The translations under genes and the position numbers were made by a program. Of a stretch of 64,000 nt of DNA, positions 48,844 to 58,834 are shown piece by piece. The first letter of the stretch is position 1. Every line of letters starts with the position of its first letter. This stretch comes from Acidilobaceae archaeon (GTDB lineage Archaea > Thermoproteota > Thermoprotei_A > Sulfolobales > Acidilobaceae), in assembly GCA_027014125.1 (NCBI GenBank), contig JALWEI010000022.1:28128-92127 (forward strand). Reading direction: 5' to 3'. A model generated the notes under the pieces. The model ran no database searches, was not told the DNA's origin, and worked only from the letters and a program-made list of their open reading frames with translations.

Positions 48844-49615
48844 CCTGTTCTCCTCTTCCAAGCCCTAGGGTATAGGCCTGGCTCCATGATCACCCTCTCG
48901 GGCTTGAAGGCCTCACCCCTACTGGCTTCTAGGACCTCCTCCGTGGACATGAGGGCTTTGGCTAGACCTATTAGCTCCCCTTTGAGTGTGTGCATAGCAA
49001 CTAGATCCCCCCTCTTTATCCCCTCCTGGATCATTGCTATACCCGGAACTGCCAGGGTCGCTCCGTGGACTATGCTCTCCACGGCGGTGTCCCTGAGTAC
49101 AACCTTGGGGATGCCGCATACCGTGTACTCGCCTGGCAGTATGTAGCGGCGTAGCAGATCCTCCTTGCCCTCCTCCCTCCACCTGTACAGCGCCTCGGCT
49201 AGGTCCTGGAGCCTGACCAGGCCCTTGTCCTCGTTGAAGGGACCTGTCCTGGTCCTCCTGAGCTCCCTCATGTGAGCCCCCACGCCGAGTATAAGTCCTA
49301 TATCCCAGCATAGCTTCCTCATGTAGGTGCCTGCCTCGCAGTCTATTATCATCAAGGCGTACTTGCCTGTGTACTCGAGTAGCTCTATCTTGTTTATCCT
49401 CTTCCTCCTGAGGCTCCTCTTTACGCTGCTCCTAACCGGGGGTTTCTGGTAGATCGTCCCGACGAACATTGAGACTACTTGCCTGAGCCTGTCCTCGTCT
49501 ACGGGCTTGTGGAGCTGCATTACGCATACGTACTCCTTGCTAGAGTGTATCACCGTGCCCACGATCCTGGTCATCCTGGCTAGCGCTACGGGCAGGACAC
49601 CTGTAACCTTGGGGT
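48840..49615 (-). CDS. cbf5: Cbf5 pseudouridine synthase, exon 2
   Basis: After splicing it reads (D)[19 protein letters not shown]...YQKPP...[10 protein letters not shown]... plus a C-terminal PUA domain. The frame is open 13 codons upstream of the Met called in the ORF track. Confidence 0.9.
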
Positions 49616-49650
49616 ATCCCCGCCTCCGGCCTCCTATGTGCCTAGAGGCT
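49616..49650 (-). other. 35-nt BHB intron inside the cbf5 coding sequence (boundaries ambiguous by 1 nt because of a repeated A)
   Basis: RNA is CCCU-AGA-GCCUC-(18 nt)-GAGGC-GGGG-AUA-CCCC. This gives a 4-bp central helix flanked by two 3-nt bulges on opposite strands plus a 5-bp intron helix. Removal restores the GHGGTLDPKVTG motif and the reading frame. Confidence 0.85.
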
Positions 49651-49915
49651 CTAGGGTGCCCCCGTGCCCTGCCCGCTCAAGGTTGAACATTTTCTTTATC
49701 CACGCAACCACCTCGTGGCTGGTCGGCCCTGGAGGCTTGTCTAGGTTTATCACGCCATACTCTATATGCTTCTCTATGGGCCTCTCTGTGGGTAGCCACC
49801 CGTACTTGGGATCGGTGGGTTCATCATGCTTTACATGCCACGCCCTTCTGGAGCCGCAGAACTCGTCTATCTCTTCGAGGAACCTCTTGCCCTTGCTTGT
49901 GGGGTCCTCCGACAC
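49651..49915 (-). CDS. cbf5: Cbf5 pseudouridine synthase, exon 1
   Basis: GTG start. ...[35 protein letters not shown](D) is the N-terminal TruB/Cbf5 catalytic region. The unspliced frame runs into TAG at 49634-49636. Confidence 0.9.
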
Positions 49916-49984
49916 TATACGCTCCCCTCCGCCTATTGGGGTGCTTGTATGGGAGGATTAAGTATGGGTCCCAGAGGGTGGGGG

Positions 49985-50272
49985 CTATATTGTTGGTGCC
50001 GGCTTTACCTGCTCCCTCATAAAGTCCTCTAGCCCTGCCTTCTTTATGGCTTCCAGGACCTTGTCGTCGCTGGCGCCCTTCTCGATGTCGATCTTTTTAT
50101 CGAGAGGCTCTATGTGGTCTATATTGGCCCTCCTCCTCCTAACGCCTGTTAGGCTCTTGGGGCCCGTTATCAGTACGAAGTTCTCATCTATTATATCAAC
50201 TATGACGCACTTCCTACCCGCCTCCCTGCCGTAGACCTTGACGCAGATCCGCCCGACCTCGATCACTGCCAT
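49985..50272 (-). CDS. rpl14e: 50S ribosomal protein L14e
   Basis: 95 aa, [38 protein letters not shown].... Confidence 0.9.
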   Translation of the reverse strand: MAVIEVGRICVKVYGREAGRKCVIVDIIDENFVLITGPKSLTGVRRRRANIDHIEPLDKKIDIEKGASDDKVLEAIKKAGLEDFMREQVKPAPTI

Positions 50273-50304
50273 CCCTCAACCCCTGCCTCCACCTGTGAGG
50301 GTTG

Positions 50305-50883
50305 CTATATTAAATCCTTGCCCAGGGCCAGCCTGAGGCCCTCCACAGCGGCTCTATAGGCCTCTTCCCTGCCGTACGTGTAGGTGTCTATTATAATATC
50401 GAAGATGCCGAGATCCCTAACGTCGATGCCATAGTACCTCTTGAACCTCCTCCACTGGCTGTACTCCCTGGCAACTATCTCCTCTAGTGCCTCTCCGAGG
50501 CTTACCTTGTCCCTCTCAGCAACCCTTCTGGCCCTAACCATGAGTGGAGCCTTAGTGTAGACTAGGTAGTCTGCTATATCGTGTATAAGCCACGCGGCAA
50601 GGTGGCTATCGATCACGACACCGCCTCTACGAGCCTCCTCGATGGTCCTCTTGTCTATCATAAGGTCTATGCTAGGATCCGACTCTGCCATAACGCTAAG
50701 TTCTACAAGCGAGATGCCCAGCTTCCTGGCTGTCTCCCTGAAGATGGAGCCTGTGGAGAGGTAGCGGAGGCCTAGATCCCCTGCTAGCCTCCTGGCTATT
50801 GTAGACTTCCCGGATCCCGGGGATCCCGATACTACTATTACAAGCCTCTTATTATCGACTCTCTTAGGGCCTCTGCTAGGCAT
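50305..50883 (-). CDS. cmk: cytidylate kinase (archaeal type)
   Basis: 192 aa with P-loop VSGSPGSGKSTIARRLA and ...YLSTGSIFRE.... Confidence 0.88.
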   Translation of the reverse strand: MPSRGPKRVDNKRLVIVVSGSPGSGKSTIARRLAGDLGLRYLSTGSIFRETARKLGISLVELSVMAESDPSIDLMIDKRTIEEARRGGVVIDSHLAAWLIHDIADYLVYTKAPLMVRARRVAERDKVSLGEALEEIVAREYSQWRRFKRYYGIDVRDLGIFDIIIDTYTYGREEAYRAAVEGLRLALGKDLI

Positions 50884-51119
50884 GACGGACAGAGCACCCC
50901 GCCATACGGCCTCTCAGGCCTCTTACTTGTCCTGCTCATACCCCTTAGCACACTAGGCCTGGCCCTAGGGACGCCAGCTAGGGGCCTACCACACCTGGCA
51001 CACCTGGCCGGGCCCGGCCTCCTCCTCTCATACCTGGTGACAGTCCTACCTCCAGGAGTCCTCCTCTGGACCCTCCTCAGGCTCCTGCTCCTCAGTGCAG
51101 GCCTGACCATAGCGTGCAC
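50838..51119 (-). CDS. rpl34e: 50S ribosomal protein L34e
   Basis: MVRPALRSRSLRRVQRRTPGGRTVTRYERRRPGPARCARCGRPLAGV.... The likely start is ATG 51110. Confidence 0.9.
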   Translation of the reverse strand: MHAMVRPALRSRSLRRVQRRTPGGRTVTRYERRRPGPARCARCGRPLAGVPRARPSVLRGMSRTSKRPERPYGGVLCPSCLAEALRESIIRGL

Positions 51120-51178
51120 CCCGCCTAGCCCGCCGTGGAGGCGGCATGTTGCCTAGGCGGGTTATAAGGGTAAGGCCG

Positions 51179-51607
51179 CTATAGGAGGTGCTTCCTGTAG
51201 ACTAGACTCGTGTATATGAAGGCTAGGAAGTATAGCATGAACGTAGGTACGACTGTAGTCCCGTTGATCTCCGTGGTGACTAGTGGAAGGGAGTATGGCG
51301 ACTTGACTAGGGGATACACGATCACCGATGCCAGCCCCCCGGCTATGTAGAAGCTAGTCAAGATGAGGAACTTAACCATCGTGCTCCTGAAGATTAGCCT
51401 CCTAGCCCTCCTGTACTCGGGTTCCAGCGACTTCAGCTTCTTCTGCGCTCTCTTACCCTTAGCACCACGCTCCAGAGCCCTGTACTCCGCTATCACGTCG
51501 ATAGCAGTCTTAATAGAGTCGTAGGGGACGATGCGCCTATACACCATCACCGCTAGGATTGCAGAGGAGACCGCGAGGAGTGGCGGAAACAGTGGAAGTA
51601 GATCCAT
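51179..51607 (-). CDS. DUF106 / archaeal YidC-Oxa1-EMC3-like membrane protein
   Basis: 142 aa with 3 TM segments and a basic coiled loop (KGKRAQKKLKSLEPEYRRARR). It occupies the conserved position between adk and L34e. Confidence 0.6.
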   Translation of the reverse strand: MDLLPLFPPLLAVSSAILAVMVYRRIVPYDSIKTAIDVIAEYRALERGAKGKRAQKKLKSLEPEYRRARRLIFRSTMVKFLILTSFYIAGGLASVIVYPLVKSPYSLPLVTTEINGTTVVPTFMLYFLAFIYTSLVYRKHLL

Positions 51608-51629
51608 CGCGGGCCCCCAAAGGGGTAGG

Positions 51630-53605
<1,976 letters not shown>

Positions 53606-53908
53606 CCATCAGTCACCGCAACACCTAGACGCCAGGAGGCCCCTGATACACTGACACGGTTAAAAGGGTTATACGGCAAGGCCAGCACAGAGACAGGCTA
53701 GCCAACGCACCACCATGGTAGCCAGCACACAGTACTATGAATGAGTAACATAAGATAGTGCAAGAAAAATACAAATAAAGAGAAGTTGATCTACCCATGG
53801 GTCGCCCTAGGAGTAGGAGTAGGTGGATGCTAGCCCGCCATCCCATAGATAGGATTAATAAACCCACCTAGGGATACTGACCCCTAAAATGGGGCCGTGG
53901 GACAGAGA

Positions 53909-53996
53909 GCGGGGGTGCCCGAGCCTGGTCAAAGGGGTCGGGCTCAGGACCCGATGGCGTAGGCCTGCGTGGGTTCAAATCCCACCCCCCGCACCA
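53909..53996 (+). tRNA. tRNA-Leu (anticodon CAG), long variable arm, CCA encoded; serves as integration target (attL)
   Basis: GCGGGGG acceptor, TCGGG-CTCAGGA-CCCGA anticodon arm, variable arm TGGCGTAGGCCTGCGT, GTGGG-TTCAAAT-CCCAC T arm, CCCCCGC-A-CCA. Confidence 0.92.
53946..53996 (+). repeat. attL: 51-nt 3' part of tRNA-Leu repeated at 58784..58834
   Basis: AGGACCCGATGGCGTAGGCCTGCGTGGGTTCAAATCCCACCC[C]CCGCACCA is identical to the right copy except for C(53988) versus T(58826). Confidence 0.9.
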
Positions 53997-54831
53997 CTTG
54001 ACGCCTCCAACACCAACATTGAACTCCTCTAGGATCTTCCTGACTGGTATATGAGCTATCGGCCTCCTCTTACCGTTACCGAGGTACTCCTCTATTACGA
54101 GGTAGTGGTAGGTGCACCTGCCACTCCTAACCTTCTTTATATAAACATACATTTTGAAGTCGCCCAGTTGAGAACTATCTTGTGTAGCTCCTGGAGACCT
54201 GTTAGTCATGGTATCACGCCCGTCTTACCCACACGACTGCAACAGGACCACCATGAATCTGCTTCAAAACCATGTTGAAGCTTGCAGCTTGGACGCCGTG
54301 CTACGCCTCCTGCAGGTCTACCCACTCCTATTTGCAATGCTCAGCTTCAAGAACTGGGCGAGGGCGACTGAGAGGGATGGCTCGAGTTCATACACATATC
54401 GTCCATGTAGCTAGAACCCTGCTACGCTTCATACTAGACATAATAGACCAAATATCCTCAATATAACACATATAATACTATATAAATTATTGCATATTAA
54501 TATAATTGTTCTTAGATAATGAAAACATTTATGCAATAGAATCTGAACTAGCCTTCAGGTACTTAAATCCACTAATAAACGGGCAACCAGCAGGGATGGG
54601 CTGCACCGAGGGAGAGCTATACAGGCTGATGGATCTCCTGTATCTGGAGAACTATAGCGATCACTAGCAGAGTAAGCCCTGCAGGCGGCTACTCAGGCTG
54701 GTAAAGGACCTGAAGGAGTACAGTATGGGAAGAACTACGAGCCAAGTTGGGATACTAGCCTGTTTTTAATTTACTTTTACTATGGATTTATAGGGGTCTC
54801 TCTAAAACATTTTAAATGGAGGTCTATCGGA

Positions 54832-55365
54832 ATGCCGAAAAACGAAGACCCTCGCAGGCAGTATGCAGAGAACAAGGAGCAAATAAGAGGTAATTTAGAT
54901 CTTACTGTAGAAGATTGGATACTTGCGTTAATAGCCTACGCTGGGGGAAAGCTTAAAGGGAAGACTAGGATTCAAAAGGGCCTCTTCCTTGTATGGCAGG
55001 AGATCGGTGGTGTAAAAGCTGACTTCGCTCCGTACAAGTACGGGCCCTACAGTAAAGACATAGACGAGGCCCTCAACCGTCTAGCAGGCGAGAATCTAAT
55101 TCTCGAGCGGGTGGTACCTGGAGGCGATGAGTCACCTGCTGTAGAGTATGAGCTAACCAAGAGGGGTTGGGAAAGAGCTAGGCAGACGTTGAATCAGCTA
55201 GAGGAGAGCGGGATACTGGAGAGGGCTAGACCATTCCTAGACCTAGCCATCAAGGGCTCTCTGATAGCCCTCATAGGATTCGTATACAGCATGTATCCAG
55301 AGTGGGCGGCAAACAGTGAGATCAAAGGGAGAATACGAAGCCTAGAGAAGTTGAAGAGGTTGTAG
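54832..55365 (+). CDS. DUF4065/Panacea (SocA-like antitoxin) domain-like protein with wHTH-like C-terminal part
   Basis: 177 aa. ...KTRIQKGLFLVWQEIGG..ADFAPYKYGPYSKDIDEAL... resembles the KLQKLLY...W.hGPV motif pair. It is followed by ...LILERVV...VEYELTKRGWE (winged-helix-like). Motif-level call only. Confidence 0.5.
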   Translation: MPKNEDPRRQYAENKEQIRGNLDLTVEDWILALIAYAGGKLKGKTRIQKGLFLVWQEIGGVKADFAPYKYGPYSKDIDEALNRLAGENLILERVVPGGDESPAVEYELTKRGWERARQTLNQLEESGILERARPFLDLAIKGSLIALIGFVYSMYPEWAANSEIKGRIRSLEKLKRL

Positions 55366-55396
55366 ATATAACTTAATACTAATGCCTAGCTCAAAG

Positions 55397-55978
55397 CTAA
55401 GTAACTAGGCAGCCTCCATCTTGTATCCTATGCAGGAACTCTTTTGCATGTGATTCTAAATCTTCAGCATAATCCTTTATATTTTCAAGAATCGTGAAAA
55501 ATCTGCTTATATTATTAATAAATCTATATAATGGTTCAATTATTAACAATAGCATTATGATAAAAATAGGTAAGTATTTTTCATAGGAAATTAATATTAA
55601 ACTAATTGCAACTAATATTGATAATATAAGAGCAAACCCTGTTATTAATATTTGATGAATCATATTAACTATATCATTAGAACGTAAAATATCTTCTAAT
55701 TTAGCATAAGCATCATCAAGCCTTATCTTATATGCGACACAGTTATCAAGTATTAATAAGATCTCTTCTTCATTTTTAGTACTAGCTAGCAATGAAGCTA
55801 GTTCTAGTTTTAATTGTTTATTAATAGCCCTATAGTTCTTAAGGGTTTCGTTTCCTTTATCCTTTATGGTATGAAATCTACGAATTAATAATTTATATGC
55901 TGTCACTATTATAGATATTACTGCTGTTATTATTGTTGTGGCTACTTTAGCAAGTGTATCGAATAACCCTGATTCCAA
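55397..55978 (-). CDS. AT-rich gene for a 3-TM membrane protein with central coiled coil (candidate toxin/effector)
   Basis: 193 aa. TM1 is ATTIITAVISIIVTAY, followed by a helical charged segment. TM2-3 are ILITGFALILSILVAISLILI and LPIFIIMLLLIIEPL. GC content is far below its surroundings. It is convergent with 54832..55365 across a 31-nt gap. Confidence 0.6.
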   Translation of the reverse strand: MESGLFDTLAKVATTIITAVISIIVTAYKLLIRRFHTIKDKGNETLKNYRAINKQLKLELASLLASTKNEEEILLILDNCVAYKIRLDDAYAKLEDILRSNDIVNMIHQILITGFALILSILVAISLILISYEKYLPIFIIMLLLIIEPLYRFINNISRFFTILENIKDYAEDLESHAKEFLHRIQDGGCLVT

Positions 55979-56039
55979 CTCCTCGTTTCTCCCTCCATAA
56001 CTCCAATATACCCAATATACTAGTATATTAAGAGAAAAA

Positions 56040-56327
56040 CTACCCTCCTAGGCATCTGTCCATGCAACGACCACGATCCGTAAGCCTGATAATGTTCTTG
56101 GGTCCATCTGGAACTACCTCTACTAGGCCTAGCTTCTCTAGGATATTCCTGTACCGTATGACTACGCTCTGGTCTCGTTTCATGAACTGTGAGAGTTCGT
56201 ATGTGCTAGGTGTTTTCCCTGTTTGCTCGTAGGCTAATAGGGCTTTAAGCATGTCAAATGTGATTTGTAGTGTGTACCCGGAACTGCGTGCCACTATGTA
56301 CACACTATGTACACCATACACTAACAT
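56040..56327 (-). CDS. small winged-helix (MarR/ArsR-like) DNA-binding protein
   Basis: 95 aa, ...STYELSQFMKRDQSVVIRYRNILEKLGLVEVVPDGPKNIIRLTDRG.... It is divergent from 56416..56871. Confidence 0.6.
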   Translation of the reverse strand: MLVYGVHSVYIVARSSGYTLQITFDMLKALLAYEQTGKTPSTYELSQFMKRDQSVVIRYRNILEKLGLVEVVPDGPKNIIRLTDRGRCMDRCLGG

Positions 56328-56415
56328 GTGGGAAACGTATATTAACCACTAATCCAATAATTAGCTAATAGATAGTATATAGTGGTAGGGCAAGAATCTC
56401 CTGTAGAATATAGGC

Positions 56416-56871
56416 ATGAAACCAACAACCGATAACCTATACTGGGAAGAAAGACGCTTCATAGAGCGCAAGCTGAGAGCATGGCTTAACGGAGAATACA
56501 AGAAATCGAGAAGAGCATGGCTTGGCATAAGACTAACGCCCACGCTCAAGGAGATATACGATAGGGCACCAGATGACGTAAAGCAGGCCGCTAGGAGAGC
56601 CCTAGAGGCGGTCCTTATATCATGGTTTCTAGGGGAGAGTACTGTTGCATATAACAAGCCATCACACGCTACACATGTTTTTATCATAAACGTTAATATA
56701 AACGAGAACAGTAACAACGTAGATGTCGAGGTGAATATTGACTTAGCTAGCGTAATACGTGAATTAAGACGATTCGAGAACATACTTAGGAGTAGCCCGT
56801 ATGTCGGGCCTATTGCAAGGCGTACCCTCGAGAATGTTATAAGGCAGCTTGAGAAGGGTCTAACAAACTAG
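56416..56871 (+). CDS. hypothetical protein (element cargo)
   Basis: 151-aa ORF with no recognisable family. Confidence 0.5.
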   Translation: MKPTTDNLYWEERRFIERKLRAWLNGEYKKSRRAWLGIRLTPTLKEIYDRAPDDVKQAARRALEAVLISWFLGESTVAYNKPSHATHVFIINVNINENSNNVDVEVNIDLASVIRELRRFENILRSSPYVGPIARRTLENVIRQLEKGLTN

Positions 56872-56976
56872 TCATATTTATATTGTTTATTATTAGATAA
56901 TTAATATATAAACTTATTAATTTATATTAATTAACTAACTAATTAGTTGTGATGTGTCAGAAAGGGTGATAAAAGC

Positions 56977-57207
56977 ATGGGCCGCAGGCCTGTAGGAGTC
57001 TACGTGATCCCTAGAGTAGATTATGGAATAGAGCATATAGCAGTAGACGTTGTCAGAACTAAGAGTGAGTTATACGAGTTGGGTGTCAGGATACTGCTAG
57101 TCCTAGCCAAGCATGACAGGGTGCCAGACAACCTAGCCTATGTGTTTGAGAAGCACGACCCAGAAACGCTGGAGAAGCTCGTAGACCTGCTAGTGGCAGC
57201 GAGGTAG
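56977..57207 (+). CDS. hypothetical small protein (element cargo)
   Basis: 76-aa ORF preceded by a ~100-nt extremely AT-rich spacer and a GGTGAT-like SD. Confidence 0.5.
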   Translation: MGRRPVGVYVIPRVDYGIEHIAVDVVRTKSELYELGVRILLVLAKHDRVPDNLAYVFEKHDPETLEKLVDLLVAAR

Positions 57208-57234
57208 CCAGCCTATGAAGTAGCATAGCAGGGG

Positions 57235-57684
57235 TTGTTGCAGTGGCTGAGGCTTAGGGTTGTCGGTGGCGGTGAGTTCACTGATACGGTGATTGTCAGG
57301 GTCTCGGTGAGCAGGGAGGCGCTGAGGTTGAGAAGTATTGCTGTCGAATTGTACAGGGTGGCTAGCGAGCTGAGCGGCGCAGGCAGGTGGCAGGAGGTCG
57401 AGGTGCTGAGAGATAGTGGAGAGGCTCGAGCGAGATGCCCTGGAGAAGCTCAGGGAGAGCATCCAGGCGGCTGCGGAGGCAGCGTCCCGCTACGTAGCAT
57501 ACGAGGGCGGCTAGCCATGTTCGCGTACCTCAGCTGCGTAAAGAGGGTGGTGGCTTTCGGCCACACGAGCCTCACCGACCTGCCAGACGACGTGAGAACG
57601 TGCATCGTGAACGAGTGCAGGGAGCACGCTGTCAGCGGGAGACGCGTGAGCAGAGTAATAGGGGAGTGTGGTGGTAGGCGGTGA
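57235..57684 (+). CDS. uncertain ORF, probably two or three small or frameshifted genes
   Basis: The 149-aa track ORF has a Gly/Arg/Pro-rich middle that looks non-coding. An alternative frame (GTG 57416..TAG 57514: VERLERDALEKLRESIQAAAEAASRYVAYEGG) is more protein-like and is followed by ATG 57517 (MFAYLSCVKRVV...). Confidence 0.3.
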   Translation: MLQWLRLRVVGGGEFTDTVIVRVSVSREALRLRSIAVELYRVASELSGAGRWQEVEVLRDSGEARARCPGEAQGEHPGGCGGSVPLRSIRGRLAMFAYLSCVKRVVAFGHTSLTDLPDDVRTCIVNECREHAVSGRRVSRVIGECGGRR

Positions 57685-58059
57685 TCACTGCTAGGTACTT
57701 GCTCACACAGCAGAGCCTACTCCAGTACTATACTATTATACTATTAGCTATACAATTAGTAGAGGACTACAGGTGGCATCTCGGGGACAACGGGATGGAA
57801 CAACAGATGCTGGACCTACAGGGGCCTCAGATACCACTTGTATTATAGGTATTAGAACAAGAGTTTAGAGTGGTACACGGACGAGCAGACCCTCAGGAAG
57901 CTCGCCGAGGAGGGCCTGATCAGGCGCAGGGAGATCAGGAGGTGGAAGCGGGTCCTCTTCTACACGTCTCAAAACTACGAGTTCCTGGTCAAGAGCGTGA
58001 TGGAGCTAGGGAGAAAATAATCAAGAAGAGCTACCCCCGAGCCACGCCGCGTACTCCTC

Positions 58060-58834
58060 TTACACCTTATCCGCTATTATTAGCAGGTTTAGGTAGTGCC
58101 CGCGCAGGACATTGTCTGGAACCCTTCCCTGGATGAAGTTTATTGTGGCTTCTGGTATCTCTAGGTTAAGCATCCTAGTGGCTACCCATTTCCTCACGTA
58201 TTTGAATGGCACTAGTTCCAGCTCTATCTTGGCCTCTCGAAGCTCCTCCAGGTCCACAGGCCTCTCCTCTGGATACTCGAGTAGGTATGCCCAGAACGTC
58301 TGCTTACTACGCCTCGGCAAGCTGAGCTCGCACTTGACGAAGCCATCCAGCTCTACGCGCCTCAGCACACCCTCAACCAGCACCTTGTAGAAGAAGCCTA
58401 GGCTGCTCTCTAGGGCCCGCCTTATCTCCCCGTCCTCTGGCACGTACAGGTCTGGCATGCTCCTCCTGCTCTTCACCCGCTTGAACTCCTCGCAGGCTCT
58501 AGCATGTTGCTTCTCGTCGCATAGCCACTTCGAGAACCGTTTGTAGGCCGTAACGTGTCACCTAGAAGGCCTCCACTGGTTTCTCCCCTATGTCTATATC
58601 CTGCAGCTTCCTCGAGTACTGTGCACAGGTCTCCTAGCTCGAGTGCTGCCTGCGCCAGGCCTCGAACTCTGCTAGCAGCTTTTGTGAAACCTGAATTCCC
58701 AGCCTCTTCTTAAGAACACTAATAGCTTGTCCATTACTAGGTGATTGTCCTAGTTGATGCACGTAGGGTGTTAGGTCAGGCTGAGGACCCGATGGCGTAG
58801 GCCTGCGTGGGTTCAAATCCCACCCTCCGCACCA
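58060..58834 (-). pseudogene. integrase C-terminal part Int(C), SSV-type tyrosine recombinase, disrupted
   Basis: It starts in attR (WCGGWDLNPRRPTPSGPQPDL...). An in-frame TAG lies at 58634-58636, a second stop at 58562-58564, and there is a frame change near 58558-58565. The catalytic tail is ...YVRKWVATRML...FIQGRVPDNVLRGHYL (R..R, HY). Confidence 0.7.
58784..58834 (+). repeat. attR: orphan copy of the tRNA-Leu 3' half
   Basis: 51-nt copy of 53946..53996 with one mismatch (T at 58826). No tRNA 5' half precedes it. Confidence 0.9.

Larger units (their letters stand above)
53868..54209 (-). pseudogene. integrase N-terminal fragment Int(N), reading into attL/tRNA-Leu
   Basis: MYVYIKKVRSGRCTYHYLVIEEYLGNGKRR...GGVKWCGGWDLNPRRPTPSGP. 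The last 17 aa are encoded by the antisense strand of the tRNA 3' half. The same peptide restarts at attR. Confidence 0.75.
53946..58834. mobile_element. cryptic integrated element (about 4.9 kb, virus/plasmid remnant) inserted in tRNA-Leu(CAG)
   Basis: Direct 51-nt att repeats bound the element, with split integrase fragments at both ends reading in the same direction. It has patchy AT-rich composition and small orphan ORFs. No replication or capsid gene is recognisable. Confidence 0.85.

Noticed and set aside
53625-53867. 80-aa ORF between secY and tRNA-Leu
   Set aside because: It is Leu/Cys/Ser-rich with no motif and lies in the promoter region shared by secY and the tRNA. It is most likely non-coding.
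57870-58136. 88-aa plus-strand ORF (MVHGRADPQEARRGGPDQAQGDQE...)
   Set aside because: It has an implausible Arg/Gly/Pro/Gln composition, and its 3' part is antisense to the integrase catalytic tail. A different frame of the same DNA looks more protein-like and is reported as a finding.
58476-58634. Possibility that 58634..58816 and 58060..58476 are two independent small genes rather than one broken integrase
   Set aside because: The peptide continues meaningfully through the stops and the frame change (...AEFEAWRRQHSS*ETCAQYSRKLQDIDIGEKPVEAF* / HVTAYKRFSKWLCDEKQHARACEEFKRVKSRRS...). The N-terminal piece is the attR-encoded continuation of Int(N). A single disrupted gene is the simpler reading.
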